Shown here in pieces: positions 31,562 to 41,658 of a DNA stretch of 64,000 nucleotides. Position numbers and translations under genes: made by a program. Positions within the stretch are counted from its first letter, which is position 1. The number at the start of each line of letters is the position of its first letter. This DNA comes from Candidatus Omnitrophota bacterium (GTDB lineage: Bacteria; Omnitrophota; Omnitrophia; Omnitrophales; Aquincolibacteriaceae): the NCBI GenBank assembly GCA_030698625.1, contig JAUYMS010000046.1, positions 56,348-120,347 on the forward strand. Direction: 5' to 3'. Under the pieces are notes generated by a model. That model searched no databases and had not been told where the DNA came from. It was given only the letters and a program-made list of their open reading frames with translations.

Positions 31562-33211
31562 ATGGATCTACTCATCATCAACACCAGAATTATGTGGTTT
31601 TCACACAAGTCAATGATTGCCACGGGTCCGCTCGTGCTCGCATCTTACCTGCATGAAAAAGGATTTAGCACCGGTGTGATTGATGATAACTCTGTCTATA
31701 AGCGATACCGACTCAAGGACTACGTCGATTTCATAGAGCGCAATGATGTCAAGATGATCGGGTTTTCGGTTAACACTTTAAATGCCTATAACAGTTACGA
31801 ACTGGCCAAGGCGCTTCGGAAAAAGTTTCCTGATAAGCCGCTACTTGCCGGCGGGTTGCAGAGCTTTGATGCGATCGAAGAAATGGAGCAGCAGTCCTTT
31901 GACGTTATCTTTAAAGGGGAAGCTGAGATTGCTTCGGCGAAGTTTATGGCGGCGGCTAAGAAGTGTTCACCTCATTTGACCCGAGCCATGTTTCGGGATT
32001 CGTCCTTCATGAGTGAACTCGCAGAAATCCAGGGCCTGCATATCAACGTAGACGGCAGGAAAACCGCAACCAGCGACGGGTTCTGCGAATTGGTGCAGGA
32101 TTTAGACGACGTTCCGTTCAGCAATTACGATCTAATCAATCTGAGCGATTACATCAAGTCGAAATTTGATCATCATTCCGTGACGAATCAGCTTAACTTT
32201 CAAAGAGGGTGTCCCTATGCGTGCACCTTCTGCAAGTCGGCCGTCATTGCGCAAAAACTGCGCAATAACAGCGCTCACTATATGATCAGCGAACTCGAGC
32301 GCCGTTACGAGAAGTTCGGGCTGAGCAACTTTTTCATTACCGACTCGAATTTCACGATCGACAAAGCGCGCGTGCAAGAATTCTGTGCGATCATGATTTC
32401 CAAGGGATTGAACAAGAAAATCAATCTCATGATTCAGACTTCGATTGTGATTCCGTTAAGTGACGATGAGATCGACCTGCTTCAGGAAGCGGGAGTGACG
32501 ATGTTTGCTATCGGGGTCGAACGTTTGGGTGAAGGCAACCGCAAGCAGATCAAAAAGGCGGGGAGCGGGACATTAGCCACAACCCTGATCCGCAAGCTGT
32601 ACGATCGCGGTATGCGGTCTATGGTCAATATCCTCGTGAATCTTCCCTTCGACAGCGAAGAGACTATGAAAGAGGAGACCGGTCTCATCACAAAGAACTT
32701 GCCTTACGTCGGATTCCTCTATATCAATTATCTTTGGCCGATGCCGGGAACACCGATTTGTGATGATGACACCAGCAGCAAATACAAAGCATGGTACCTC
32801 GATAAGAACATCGCCGGTTTTCAGGTCCCCTATTACAGCTACGCCTTTCTCCTGGAGGGGGCTCTGGCACTTGACGTGAATATTTTCGGCCACTCGAAGA
32901 AGACGCTTCGGGCCATTCGCCGCTTTAAGGAAGAATTTCAGTGGAAGGGGACCATGGGCGCAACCCGTTTGCCCCTGCTGAAAGTGCTTTTTGCTGCAGA
33001 CATGTTCCTGGGCAAGATCTCCTATTTTGTCGGGCGAATATCACCGAAGTTGGAGCATTTCGTCTTCGCCCCCTTTAAATTCCTGCGTATAAGAGGATAC
33101 AAGATAGTGTTCAATTTCTTCATGGGGCTTGAAAAGAAGCGGGCCAATGCCGAATCCAACCGCTCCGTGACCGGAAAAACCGCGAAATTGGCACTCTCAA
33201 AACCCTGCTAG
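31562..33211 (+). CDS. B12-binding radical SAM protein
   Basis: LASYL, IGFSV, LAGGL, RGCPYACTFC, TDSNF, PMPGT. Confidence 0.88.
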   Translation: MDLLIINTRIMWFSHKSMIATGPLVLASYLHEKGFSTGVIDDNSVYKRYRLKDYVDFIERNDVKMIGFSVNTLNAYNSYELAKALRKKFPDKPLLAGGLQSFDAIEEMEQQSFDVIFKGEAEIASAKFMAAAKKCSPHLTRAMFRDSSFMSELAEIQGLHINVDGRKTATSDGFCELVQDLDDVPFSNYDLINLSDYIKSKFDHHSVTNQLNFQRGCPYACTFCKSAVIAQKLRNNSAHYMISELERRYEKFGLSNFFITDSNFTIDKARVQEFCAIMISKGLNKKINLMIQTSIVIPLSDDEIDLLQEAGVTMFAIGVERLGEGNRKQIKKAGSGTLATTLIRKLYDRGMRSMVNILVNLPFDSEETMKEETGLITKNLPYVGFLYINYLWPMPGTPICDDDTSSKYKAWYLDKNIAGFQVPYYSYAFLLEGALALDVNIFGHSKKTLRAIRRFKEEFQWKGTMGATRLPLLKVLFAADMFLGKISYFVGRISPKLEHFVFAPFKFLRIRGYKIVFNFFMGLEKKRANAESNRSVTGKTAKLALSKPC

Positions 33212-33243
33212 CTGCCTCTCTCTAAATCTCTCCTCGCGTCGCG

Positions 33244-33272
33244 TTGACAGGGCCTAACTACGCCCCTATACT
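33244..33272 (+). promoter_or_regulatory. Sigma70-type promoter for the fchA-folD-panB operon
   Basis: TTGACA-N17-TATACT. Confidence 0.75.
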
Positions 33273-33319
33273 AAACTTTTGGTCTCCGCAGCTGTCCCCA
33301 AAAGGAGGGTTCTGTTCTC

Positions 33320-33946
33320 ATGAAAAAATTTACCGATATGACGCTTGAAGATTATCTCAAAGAGCTTTCCGGCGACGCACCCGTGCCGGGCGGAGGCAGT
33401 GCCTCGGCTTATGTGGGGTCGCTTGCAATGGGGCTGACTCAGATGGTCGCCAGCATCTCCCTAAAGCGCAAGAAAAAGGCGGGCCTAAGCCCCGAAGAGG
33501 AAAAGAAGGACGATGAGCAGCGCGCGACCATAAAGAAGATCCGGGCCTCGCTTGAGAAGGCGAAGCGCGACGCGTTTCAGATCGTGAATCTGGATCCCCA
33601 GGTTTATGAGGAAGTCATGGCGGTTTGGGGCGATGCGGAAAAAATGGAAGATGCCCTGCAGAATTCGTTCCGGTTGCAGGCGGACCTGGCCTTTATTCTT
33701 GTGATGGCGCGCGAATGGAATAATGCCCTTGCCTCTCTGGTCACGGGTTCCATCAAAAATGATTTGCTCGTGAGCGCGGCCATGGGCGAAGCCGCTTACA
33801 AGGGCGCTTATCACACGGCCATGATCAATGCCCATTATATGAAGGACGAGGGCCGCAAGGCGCACGCGGAGAAAGCCCTGCAGGAACTGAAAGTCCGTTT
33901 TGAGAAAGGAGATTCCTGTGTCGGCGAGCCAAGTCAAACTGCTTGA
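33320..33946 (+). CDS. fchA: Methenyl-THF cyclohydrolase / cyclodeaminase family (FchA)
   Basis: L...APVPGGGSASA, LTQMVA; directly upstream of folD. Confidence 0.8.
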   Translation: MKKFTDMTLEDYLKELSGDAPVPGGGSASAYVGSLAMGLTQMVASISLKRKKKAGLSPEEEKKDDEQRATIKKIRASLEKAKRDAFQIVNLDPQVYEEVMAVWGDAEKMEDALQNSFRLQADLAFILVMAREWNNALASLVTGSIKNDLLVSAAMGEAAYKGAYHTAMINAHYMKDEGRKAHAEKALQELKVRFEKGDSCVGEPSQTA

Positions 33947-34781
33947 AGGAAAAGTCCTCGCGAAAGAAATCCGTGAGCAGATTAAGATCGAAGTCGAAGG
34001 CTTTACCGCAAAAGGAATGGAAACGCCGCGTCTCGTCGCACTTCGCGTTGCCGACGATGCCGCCAGCGACTGGTATCTGGACCAGCAGGCAAAGTGGGCG
34101 GAGAAACTGGGGATGCGATTCGAACGCGTCGACGTTCAACCGGCCGCGGAAGCCAATCTCCGCGACAAGATTAAACGCGTCAATGCGGACGGGGATTGTC
34201 ACGGCGTCTTTGTGACGATGCCGCTGCCGAAGGGAATCGACCCGGATATCCTGCTCGAACTCGATCCCAAAAAGGATGTCGAAGGTGTTCATCCCGCAAA
34301 CCTCGGTCTGATTGTGCTTCGCCGTGCCAAGCTTGTGCCGTCGACGGCCCTTGCGGCGTTCCGTCTCATTGAATCGACCGGCGCGAATCTGCGCGGCATG
34401 AATGCCGTGATCATCGGGCAGAGCGCAATTGTCGGCCGACCGCTCAATCTCCTCCTGGGTGAGAAGCGCGTCACGACTACCGTCTGCAATACGGGAACAT
34501 CCGCCGAGCTGTTGGAAAAGAGTGTGCGCGCTGCCCAAATTGTGATCGCATGCGCGGGGCAGCCGGGCATGGTGAAGGGGGATTGGATTCGTTCCGGCGC
34601 TATCGTCATTGATGTCGGAACGACTGAGGTTGACGGGAAACTTGTGGGGGATGTTGAGTTTGCTGCGGCCAGCGAGCGCGCTGATTACATTACACCCGTT
34701 CCGGGCGGTGTCGGCCCGCTTACGGTCACGATGCTGATGCAAAATCTCGTCACCGCGTATAAATGGCAAAAATCACTCTAG
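33918..34781 (+). CDS. folD: Methylene-THF dehydrogenase (FolD family, probably monofunctional)
   Basis: LEGKVLA, KDVEG, IIGQSAIVGRP, IDVG, GDV, TPVPGGVGPLT; GTG start after AAGGAG. Confidence 0.9.
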   Translation: MSASQVKLLEGKVLAKEIREQIKIEVEGFTAKGMETPRLVALRVADDAASDWYLDQQAKWAEKLGMRFERVDVQPAAEANLRDKIKRVNADGDCHGVFVTMPLPKGIDPDILLELDPKKDVEGVHPANLGLIVLRRAKLVPSTALAAFRLIESTGANLRGMNAVIIGQSAIVGRPLNLLLGEKRVTTTVCNTGTSAELLEKSVRAAQIVIACAGQPGMVKGDWIRSGAIVIDVGTTEVDGKLVGDVEFAAASERADYITPVPGGVGPLTVTMLMQNLVTAYKWQKSL

Positions 34782-35573
34782 ATGCGACTTACCGTAAAAT
34801 CGATATATCAAAAAAAGAAAAAGCGCGAAAAGATCGTGGCCCTTACGGCCTACGATTCTCTCTTCGCCGATCTCCTCGACAGTGCGGGTGTTGACGTTCT
34901 CCTCGTGGGGGATTCTGTCGGCATGGTGCTTCTCGGATTCGACAGTACAGTTCCTGTCACGCTTCGCGACATGCTCCATCACACAAAAGCCGTGGCTCGC
35001 GCCCGGCCGAATGCACTCATCGTTGCGGATATGCCGTACGGTTCCTACGACACGGTGACTCGAGCCTTGCGATCGGCCAAGCGCCTGATCCAGGAAGGCG
35101 GGGCCGATGCCGTCAAGCTTGAGGGGGGGCAGCGCATCGAAAGACAAGTTAAGGCCCTTGTCCGCGCCGGGATCCAGGTAATGGGGCACTTGGGGATGAC
35201 GCCTCAGACGGCCGGCGCACTCGGCGGTTACCGGGTTCAAGGCAAGCACAAGGCAGAGGCCGACAAGATTTTACGCGATGCCGTACGCCTCGATCGGCTA
35301 GGCGTTTTTTCTCTCGTGCTGGAATGTGTGCCGGCAGTTCTGGCCGGAAGGGTGACGAAAAAAGTTAAATGCCCGACCATTGGTATCGGGGCCGGCGTAA
35401 AAACAGACGGGCAGATTCTCGTGATGCATGACATGCTCGGCCTTGAGGGGAAAATCCACCCGCGTTTTGTCCGGGCCTACGCAAAACTCAGCAGTGAAGT
35501 ACGCCGGGCGGTGCGCTGTTACCGCAAAGATGTCTTGGCCGGAAAGTTTCCCTCCAAGACGGAAAGTTTTTGA
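34782..35573 (+). CDS. panB: 3-methyl-2-oxobutanoate hydroxymethyltransferase
   Basis: LTAYD, LVGDS, VKLEGG, GHLGMTPQ, IGIGAG, DGQILV. Confidence 0.96.
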   Translation: MRLTVKSIYQKKKKREKIVALTAYDSLFADLLDSAGVDVLLVGDSVGMVLLGFDSTVPVTLRDMLHHTKAVARARPNALIVADMPYGSYDTVTRALRSAKRLIQEGGADAVKLEGGQRIERQVKALVRAGIQVMGHLGMTPQTAGALGGYRVQGKHKAEADKILRDAVRLDRLGVFSLVLECVPAVLAGRVTKKVKCPTIGIGAGVKTDGQILVMHDMLGLEGKIHPRFVRAYAKLSSEVRRAVRCYRKDVLAGKFPSKTESF

Positions 35574-35579
35574 TCCCAC

Positions 35580-37022
35580 ATGAAAGTTCTGGCTGCCGAT
35601 AAAGATACGGTTATTCTGTCGCTTGTTTCCACGAGGCTTACCGCCCGAGGTTACGAGGTCGTGGAGTTTTCTGATAAGGAAACCATGCTTCGTTATCTGG
35701 GCCGGGAAACGGTCGATTTGATTTTACTTTCCACGACCATGGATCGCATGGGAGGTATCCTTCTGGTGGAAAAGATCCGTCACACGCCTCATCTTGCAAC
35801 GATACCGATCGTCATGATGGCCGATGAGGACAGTCTTGCGGAGCTCATGATGGCCCGGGAGCACGGTTTTGACGATTTCCTCATCAAGCCTTTTAATGCC
35901 TTCGTGCTGCAGCTGCGCGTCGACATTAATATTTCGCGTAATCGCGCAAGGATCGAGGCCAACGCCCTGACGCATCTTCCGGGCAATCACTCTATTGAAA
36001 GAACGGTGCAGGCGAAGATCCAGAGCGGCGAAAAGTTCTCCGTCCTTTATATCGATATCGGGCACTTTAAATCCTTCAACGATGTGTATGGGTTTGACCG
36101 GGGTGATGACGTCATCCGTCATACGGCGCGTCTTATGTTGGAGACCGCCAGACAACTTATTCCGGAGGGGGAGTATTTTGTCGGTCATGTCGGTGGGGAT
36201 GATTTTGTCGTTATCCTAAACCCTGAATATGAAAAGAGTTATGCAAATAGCTTTATTGCCGAGTTTGACCGAATCATCGGGGCTTACTATAATGACGAAG
36301 ACCGCAAACGCGGTTTCCTGCGCGTGACCAACCGTCGCGGGAAGCGCGAAAACCTGCCTTTGATGTCATGTTCTGTGGCGGCCTGTAATAATCTTCATCG
36401 CAAGTACACCAGTTTGAGAGAAATTGCGCAGGACGCGAGCGAACTTAAGGCGTTTTTGAAATCCCAATCCGGGAGTCATTATCTTCGTGACCGTCGATCA
36501 GAGCCGATTCCTAATATGGAAGCCGCGGTTCAGATTCTGGCACCTCAAAATGATAAGAAGAAGCCTCAGGGCTCATCGGAACCGCTCGGCAAGATATTGC
36601 TTGAGGCGGGACTTATTAACGAACAGCAGCTTTCCAATGCCTTGAAGCGGCAATTTAAGACGGGGCAGCGATTGGGGCAAATTCTAATCGCTGCGGGGGC
36701 CGTCAAGAGCGATGATGTCGGCTCGGTGCTGCAGAAGAAACTCCGCGTGCCTTACGTAAGTCTTACGCGGTACAAGCCGGACCGGCAAGCCTTGAAGGTT
36801 TTTACGGCGGACTTTATGAGATCGGCGCATGTCGTTCCGCTTTCGATGCAGTCGGGCAAGATCAAACTGGCGATGTGTGACCCCTTTGATCTCAAAGTTA
36901 TGGCGGATGTCGAACGCATCACGGGTTATAAGCCGGTACCGAGCATAGCCTTAGAAGATGAATTCGAGAAATTCATGGAGCGTTATGGAAATGAATTCTG
37001 GCCGGAAGAAAACGCGGGGTAG
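35580..37022 (+). CDS. Pseudo-REC + GGDEF + MshEN (T2SSE_N) protein
   Basis: NALTHLPGN, DIGHFKSFND, HVGGDDF; PLGKILLEAGLINEQQLSNALKRQ-RLGQILIAAG; AMCDP. Confidence 0.85.
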   Translation: MKVLAADKDTVILSLVSTRLTARGYEVVEFSDKETMLRYLGRETVDLILLSTTMDRMGGILLVEKIRHTPHLATIPIVMMADEDSLAELMMAREHGFDDFLIKPFNAFVLQLRVDINISRNRARIEANALTHLPGNHSIERTVQAKIQSGEKFSVLYIDIGHFKSFNDVYGFDRGDDVIRHTARLMLETARQLIPEGEYFVGHVGGDDFVVILNPEYEKSYANSFIAEFDRIIGAYYNDEDRKRGFLRVTNRRGKRENLPLMSCSVAACNNLHRKYTSLREIAQDASELKAFLKSQSGSHYLRDRRSEPIPNMEAAVQILAPQNDKKKPQGSSEPLGKILLEAGLINEQQLSNALKRQFKTGQRLGQILIAAGAVKSDDVGSVLQKKLRVPYVSLTRYKPDRQALKVFTADFMRSAHVVPLSMQSGKIKLAMCDPFDLKVMADVERITGYKPVPSIALEDEFEKFMERYGNEFWPEENAG

Positions 37023-37028
37023 AAAACG

Positions 37029-37859
37029 ATGAATCCTCTGTCATTATCACTGCTCTCGATTGCCCAGCTGTTTTACGCGCTGACTTTTGTCCTCCACCTG
37101 CTCCTTTTTTCCGGCAAAGTTGTACGCGGTTATCGCGGCGCCCTCGCCTGCATGCGCCTGGGATTCCTACTCAATACGTTTTATTTCTTCACCGAGGCCG
37201 TCGGTCAGGGAACCTTGCTTCCGGTCGCGAGTGTCTCGCAGGCGATGGCCTTTTTCGCCTGGTCCCTTGCCTTTGTTTATCTCGTGCTTTTCATCCGTAT
37301 TCAAACCGAATCCTTCGGCCTGATCTTAAGCCCGATCCTCCTGGCCTTTCTTGCCTTGGCGTCCTGGGCGCGTGCTTTTTCAGCCTATGAACTGCCCGAG
37401 AGCCTCAATGCCTACTTCACCGTTCATATCGTGAGCGCCTTTTTCGCTTATGCCTGTTTCACCATATCCTTTACCGCCGGGGTGCTTTACCTGATGCAGC
37501 AGCGTGAACTCAAGCGTAAGAACCCGGGCCAAGTTTATTATCGGCTGCCGTCTCTGGAAGAACTCGAAGGCCTGATCTATCAGCCCATGATCTGGGGCGC
37601 GCTGCTCTTGCTCGTTGCCGTCGGTGTGGGTTTCTTCTGGTCGAAACTTGCTTACGGCGAGTTTTCGTTTTTGGATCCGAAGACGGTTTCGACACTGGTG
37701 ACGGCTGCGCTCTATCTAGCGGTCCTTTTTCTGCATTATGTGAGCTCGCAACGGGGTAAAAAAGTTGTTGTCCTCAGTATGGTTGCATTCGGTATGGTCC
37801 TCTTTAGCTTTCTGGGAACGCGTTTCCTGGAAGGAAGCCATAATTTCTTACACTCATAA
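37029..37859 (+). CDS. CcsA/HemX-like cytochrome c assembly family membrane protein
   Basis: About 8 TM, HIVSAFFAY, YLMQQRELK, LPSLE, DPK; upstream of hemA. Confidence 0.85.
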   Translation: MNPLSLSLLSIAQLFYALTFVLHLLLFSGKVVRGYRGALACMRLGFLLNTFYFFTEAVGQGTLLPVASVSQAMAFFAWSLAFVYLVLFIRIQTESFGLILSPILLAFLALASWARAFSAYELPESLNAYFTVHIVSAFFAYACFTISFTAGVLYLMQQRELKRKNPGQVYYRLPSLEELEGLIYQPMIWGALLLLVAVGVGFFWSKLAYGEFSFLDPKTVSTLVTAALYLAVLFLHYVSSQRGKKVVVLSMVAFGMVLFSFLGTRFLEGSHNFLHS

Positions 37860-37887
37860 CCGCGCACAACATCTCATTTAAGGCAGG

Positions 37888-39186
37888 TTGGTTTTGGAAT
37901 TTTTTGTTTTGGGAATAAGTCATAAAGAGTGTCCGGTAGCCATACGGGAGAAACTGCATTTTAGTAAAGAGCAGATAGATTTGGCTTTGAGAGAAGCGCG
38001 GGCGGAGAGCTCTTTTTCGGAACTCGTGATTCTATCGACATGCAACCGGGTAGAGTTTTACGGCGTCGCCCATTCCGAACAGGAGGGAGAGGCGGGTCTC
38101 TTGCGTATGGTGGAACGCATTCACGGTATTAGCAGCGATGAATTCCGCCCTTATCTATATCGCCACTCAGGTACGGAGGCCCTCAGACACATTTTTCGTG
38201 TCGCGGCGGGTCTTGATTCGCTGGTCGTCGGGGAAAACGAAATTCTCGGCCAGGTTCGTGATGCCTTTCGCGCCGCTGATCGTCTTCGGGCGTTAGACTC
38301 TTTACTCTACAGGCTTATGGAAAAGGCGCTTAAAACCGGCAAGGAAGTACGCACGCAGACGCGCATCAACAAAGGTGCCGTGAGTATTCCGTCCGTGGCG
38401 GTCGAGCTTGCCGAGAAAATATTCGGCAAACTCGTCGGCGAAAAAATCATGGTCCTCGGCACCGGTGAGATGAGTATCCTGACGCTGAAGAATCTGGGGA
38501 ATGCGGGGGCCGAGATTCTTTACGTGGTGAGCCGCAATCAAGAGAAGGGTGAGTCGGTGGCTAAGGAGGCGGGCGCGGAATGGGTCGCGCTCGATGATTG
38601 GGGGCGTTATCTGACGGATGTCGACATTCTCATTTCGTCGACGGCGGCGCCGCACCCGATTGTGCATTATGATCAAGTACGCGAGGTCATGAATGCCAGG
38701 CGCCACAGGCCCCTGTTCCTAATTGATATCGCCGTGCCGCGCGATATCGAAGCGCGCGTTAACGAGATCGACGATGTCTACCTTTACAACATCGATGATC
38801 TTAAGGGCGTCTCGGCATCGAATCTCAGGCTGCGCCGTTCCGAAATTCAGGCGGCCGAAGAGTTGGTTGAGCACTCGGTAGGTCTTTTTAATTCATGGCT
38901 CAAACAACTCGAGGTCAGGCCCACCATGGAGCGCTTCGAGATTTTTTTGAGTGATATTTTGGATAAAGAATTATCACGGATTTCCAGCCACGAGACGCTC
39001 GATGAAAATAAGCGCCGTGAGTTACGCGACCGAATTTCAGCCAAGCTCCTGCATCAACCTCTGAGTAAGATCAAAGAGGCGTCCCGGAACGGGGGAGTGG
39101 CAAAATATGTCGAAGCGCTGCAGGCGCTTTTCGGCCTCGAACAGAAACCGCATGAAACAGACCATTCGCATCGGAACGCGCGGTAG
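37888..39186 (+). CDS. hemA: Glutamyl-tRNA reductase
   Basis: LSTCNRVEFY, GLDSLVVGENEILGQV, GTGEM, DIAVPRD. Confidence 0.96.
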   Translation: MVLEFFVLGISHKECPVAIREKLHFSKEQIDLALREARAESSFSELVILSTCNRVEFYGVAHSEQEGEAGLLRMVERIHGISSDEFRPYLYRHSGTEALRHIFRVAAGLDSLVVGENEILGQVRDAFRAADRLRALDSLLYRLMEKALKTGKEVRTQTRINKGAVSIPSVAVELAEKIFGKLVGEKIMVLGTGEMSILTLKNLGNAGAEILYVVSRNQEKGESVAKEAGAEWVALDDWGRYLTDVDILISSTAAPHPIVHYDQVREVMNARRHRPLFLIDIAVPRDIEARVNEIDDVYLYNIDDLKGVSASNLRLRRSEIQAAEELVEHSVGLFNSWLKQLEVRPTMERFEIFLSDILDKELSRISSHETLDENKRRELRDRISAKLLHQPLSKIKEASRNGGVAKYVEALQALFGLEQKPHETDHSHRNAR

Positions 39187-40099
39187 CGCGCTCGCTCTTT
39201 ATCAGGCCGAGCTAGTCAAAGGCAGTATCCTCAGGGAATTTTCGCTGCTGGATGTCCGCATCGTTGTCATTAAGACCAGCGGCGATATGGTTCGCAGGCG
39301 CTCCGCGTCTCCCCTGGAAACAAAGCGCATGTTCACGCGTGAAATCGAAGACGCACTTTTGGATGACCGCGCTGACCTAGCCGTGCATAGTGCTAAGGAC
39401 TTGTCGGTGCATATGCCGGAGGGCCTCGTGATTGGTGCGGTTCTGGCCCGTGAAGATGCGCGCGATTGTCTGCTTACTCCGAACCAGGGGAAAAAGCTCG
39501 CCGAGCTTCCCATCGGTGCGCGAGTCGGTACGAGTTCTTTGAGAAGGAAGGCGCAGCTCCTGCGTTTGTGTCCCGAACTGGTCGTCGAAGAATTGCACGG
39601 CAACGTAGATTCTCGCATCAAGAAGATGCAGAAGGGCAATTATGACGCAATCATCCTGGCTTATGCGGGAATCAAGAGACTGGGATTGACGAATCATGTT
39701 TCGGAGATTCTGCCGGAAGAAATATTTTATCCCGCACCCGGCCAGGGAGCTATCGTGTTGCAGTCACGCGCGGGGGATCGCGAAATAGCCGAGGTCCTAA
39801 ATTCTTTGAATGACAAGAACACGGCCGACCGTCTCGAATGTGAACGCGCCTTTTTGGCGCGGCTCGAGGGCGGATGCCAGCTTCCATGCGGCATTAGTAC
39901 CGTTTTGGATGGCGGGAGAATAAGGACACGCGGCGCGCTTTTTGCGATCGAAGAAAGAAAGTGGGCCGAGGGAGAGCATGACGGTGACGCGGCGGATGCT
40001 GCCGGCGCGGGGCAAACGCTTGCGGAGGTGGTTTTAAGCAACGGCGGGCGGGAAATCCTAGAAGAAATCAAAAAGGGTGTTCGAGGTCAGGCATCATGA
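39152..40099 (+). CDS. hemC: Hydroxymethylbilane synthase
   Basis: IGTRGSALA, AVHSAKD, GTSSLRR, EGGCQLP. Confidence 0.96.
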   Translation: MKQTIRIGTRGSALALYQAELVKGSILREFSLLDVRIVVIKTSGDMVRRRSASPLETKRMFTREIEDALLDDRADLAVHSAKDLSVHMPEGLVIGAVLAREDARDCLLTPNQGKKLAELPIGARVGTSSLRRKAQLLRLCPELVVEELHGNVDSRIKKMQKGNYDAIILAYAGIKRLGLTNHVSEILPEEIFYPAPGQGAIVLQSRAGDREIAEVLNSLNDKNTADRLECERAFLARLEGGCQLPCGISTVLDGGRIRTRGALFAIEERKWAEGEHDGDAADAAGAGQTLAEVVLSNGGREILEEIKKGVRGQAS

Positions 40100-41658
40100 A
40101 AGCGGTTAAAAAACGACGGGAAAAAGGGAAAGTGTTTTTCGTGGGTGCCGGACCCGGAGATCCCGGGCTTCTGACGCTGCGCGGCGCCGAGGTCCTGCGG
40201 GACGCTGACGTTGTGGCCTACGACAGACTCGTCAACCCCGAGATCCTGAATTTTGCACCGGCAGCTGAGAAGATTTATGTGGGTAAAAAATCCGCGTCAC
40301 GACCGGACCGTACCAAACGCCATACGGTTTCAGACCAGCAGAAGATCAATCACCTCCTTGCCCGTCTGGCCAAGCCGGGGAAAGTCGTCGTCCGATTGAA
40401 GGGCGGCGATCCTTTCATTTTTGGCCGCGGCGGCGAAGAGGCCCATTACCTGAAGAAAAAGGGTGTTCCTTATGAGGTGGTTCCGGGAATCAGTGCCGGC
40501 TATGCCGTGCCCGCCTATGCCGGAATCCCGGTGACCGACCGGCGACTATCTTCGTCGGTGACGTTTGTGACAAGTCATGAGGGCGCCGATAAAAAGGCCC
40601 GGGCTGTCGACTGGAAAAAGCTCGCCGCACTCGACGGAACAGTCGTTTGCTTCATGGGAATCAACACGTTCCCGGCCGTGATCAAGGCGTTTATCGCGGC
40701 CGGAAAACCGGGCAGCACCCCGGTTGCGATCATTGAGAACGGGACTTTACCGGGACAGAGAGTTGTCGAGGGGACGCTTCGCACCATTGCGGCAAAAATG
40801 CGTGCGGCCAAGATTACGTCGCCGGCACTGACCGTTATAGGAGACGTCATCCGTTACCGAAAGGAACTCGCCTGGTTTGACGACAAACCGTTATCGGGAA
40901 AGACTGTTCTGTTGACGCGGCCCCGTTCCCAGATGTCGCTCTTGCGCGGAGCTTTAGAAAAGGAAGGCGCGCGTGTCCTGGAGTTTCCGGCGATCGAGAT
41001 TCTGCCTCCCGTAAACTGGGAAGGGTTGGACCGTGCCATTGCAAACCTAAGCGAATTCGATTGGATTGTCTTCACGAGCGCGAATGCGGTGCGCCATTTT
41101 TTCACGCGTCTTTTCGATACCGGTTACGATATCCGTCACTTGGCGAGAAACAAGATTGCCGTCGTCGGCAGCGCGACTCAGGAAATCTTGCTCAAGGTGG
41201 GACTGCGCGCGGATGTGATGCCGTCCAAATTTACTTCAGAAGCACTCGTGGATCTATTAAAGCAGCTTGATGCCGTGCGCGGCAGCCGGTTTCTCCTGCC
41301 TCGGACCGACATCGCGCCGGAATATTTGAGGCGCGAACTGAAAAACGCGGGCGCGGAAGTGACTCAGGTCATCGCTTACCGTACGGTTCGCGTCGCCGGA
41401 GGCGGGCAGAAATTGAAGAATTGGCTGCGCCGGGGAAAAATTGATTACATTACATTTACGAGTTCCTCAACCGTGGACAATTTTTTTGACGCCCTTCCCA
41501 AAGGAAGGCGGCCGCGAGTCAAGAGCCGGCTCGTTTCGATCGGCCCGGTCACGAGTCACACCCTCAAGGCATACGGTTATCGCCCGTATCGGGAGGCCGG
41601 CGAACATACGGTGCGCGGCCTGGTGCAAACCCTTATTAGCGGAGGTAAGAAGTCATGA
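40096..41658 (+). CDS. cobA: Uroporphyrinogen-III C-methyltransferase / uroporphyrinogen-III synthase fusion (CobA-HemD)
   Basis: VGAGPGDPGLLT, RLKGGDP, GRGGEE; FTSANAV, FTSSSTV, IGPVT. Confidence 0.95.
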   Translation: MKAVKKRREKGKVFFVGAGPGDPGLLTLRGAEVLRDADVVAYDRLVNPEILNFAPAAEKIYVGKKSASRPDRTKRHTVSDQQKINHLLARLAKPGKVVVRLKGGDPFIFGRGGEEAHYLKKKGVPYEVVPGISAGYAVPAYAGIPVTDRRLSSSVTFVTSHEGADKKARAVDWKKLAALDGTVVCFMGINTFPAVIKAFIAAGKPGSTPVAIIENGTLPGQRVVEGTLRTIAAKMRAAKITSPALTVIGDVIRYRKELAWFDDKPLSGKTVLLTRPRSQMSLLRGALEKEGARVLEFPAIEILPPVNWEGLDRAIANLSEFDWIVFTSANAVRHFFTRLFDTGYDIRHLARNKIAVVGSATQEILLKVGLRADVMPSKFTSEALVDLLKQLDAVRGSRFLLPRTDIAPEYLRRELKNAGAEVTQVIAYRTVRVAGGGQKLKNWLRRGKIDYITFTSSSTVDNFFDALPKGRRPRVKSRLVSIGPVTSHTLKAYGYRPYREAGEHTVRGLVQTLISGGKKS

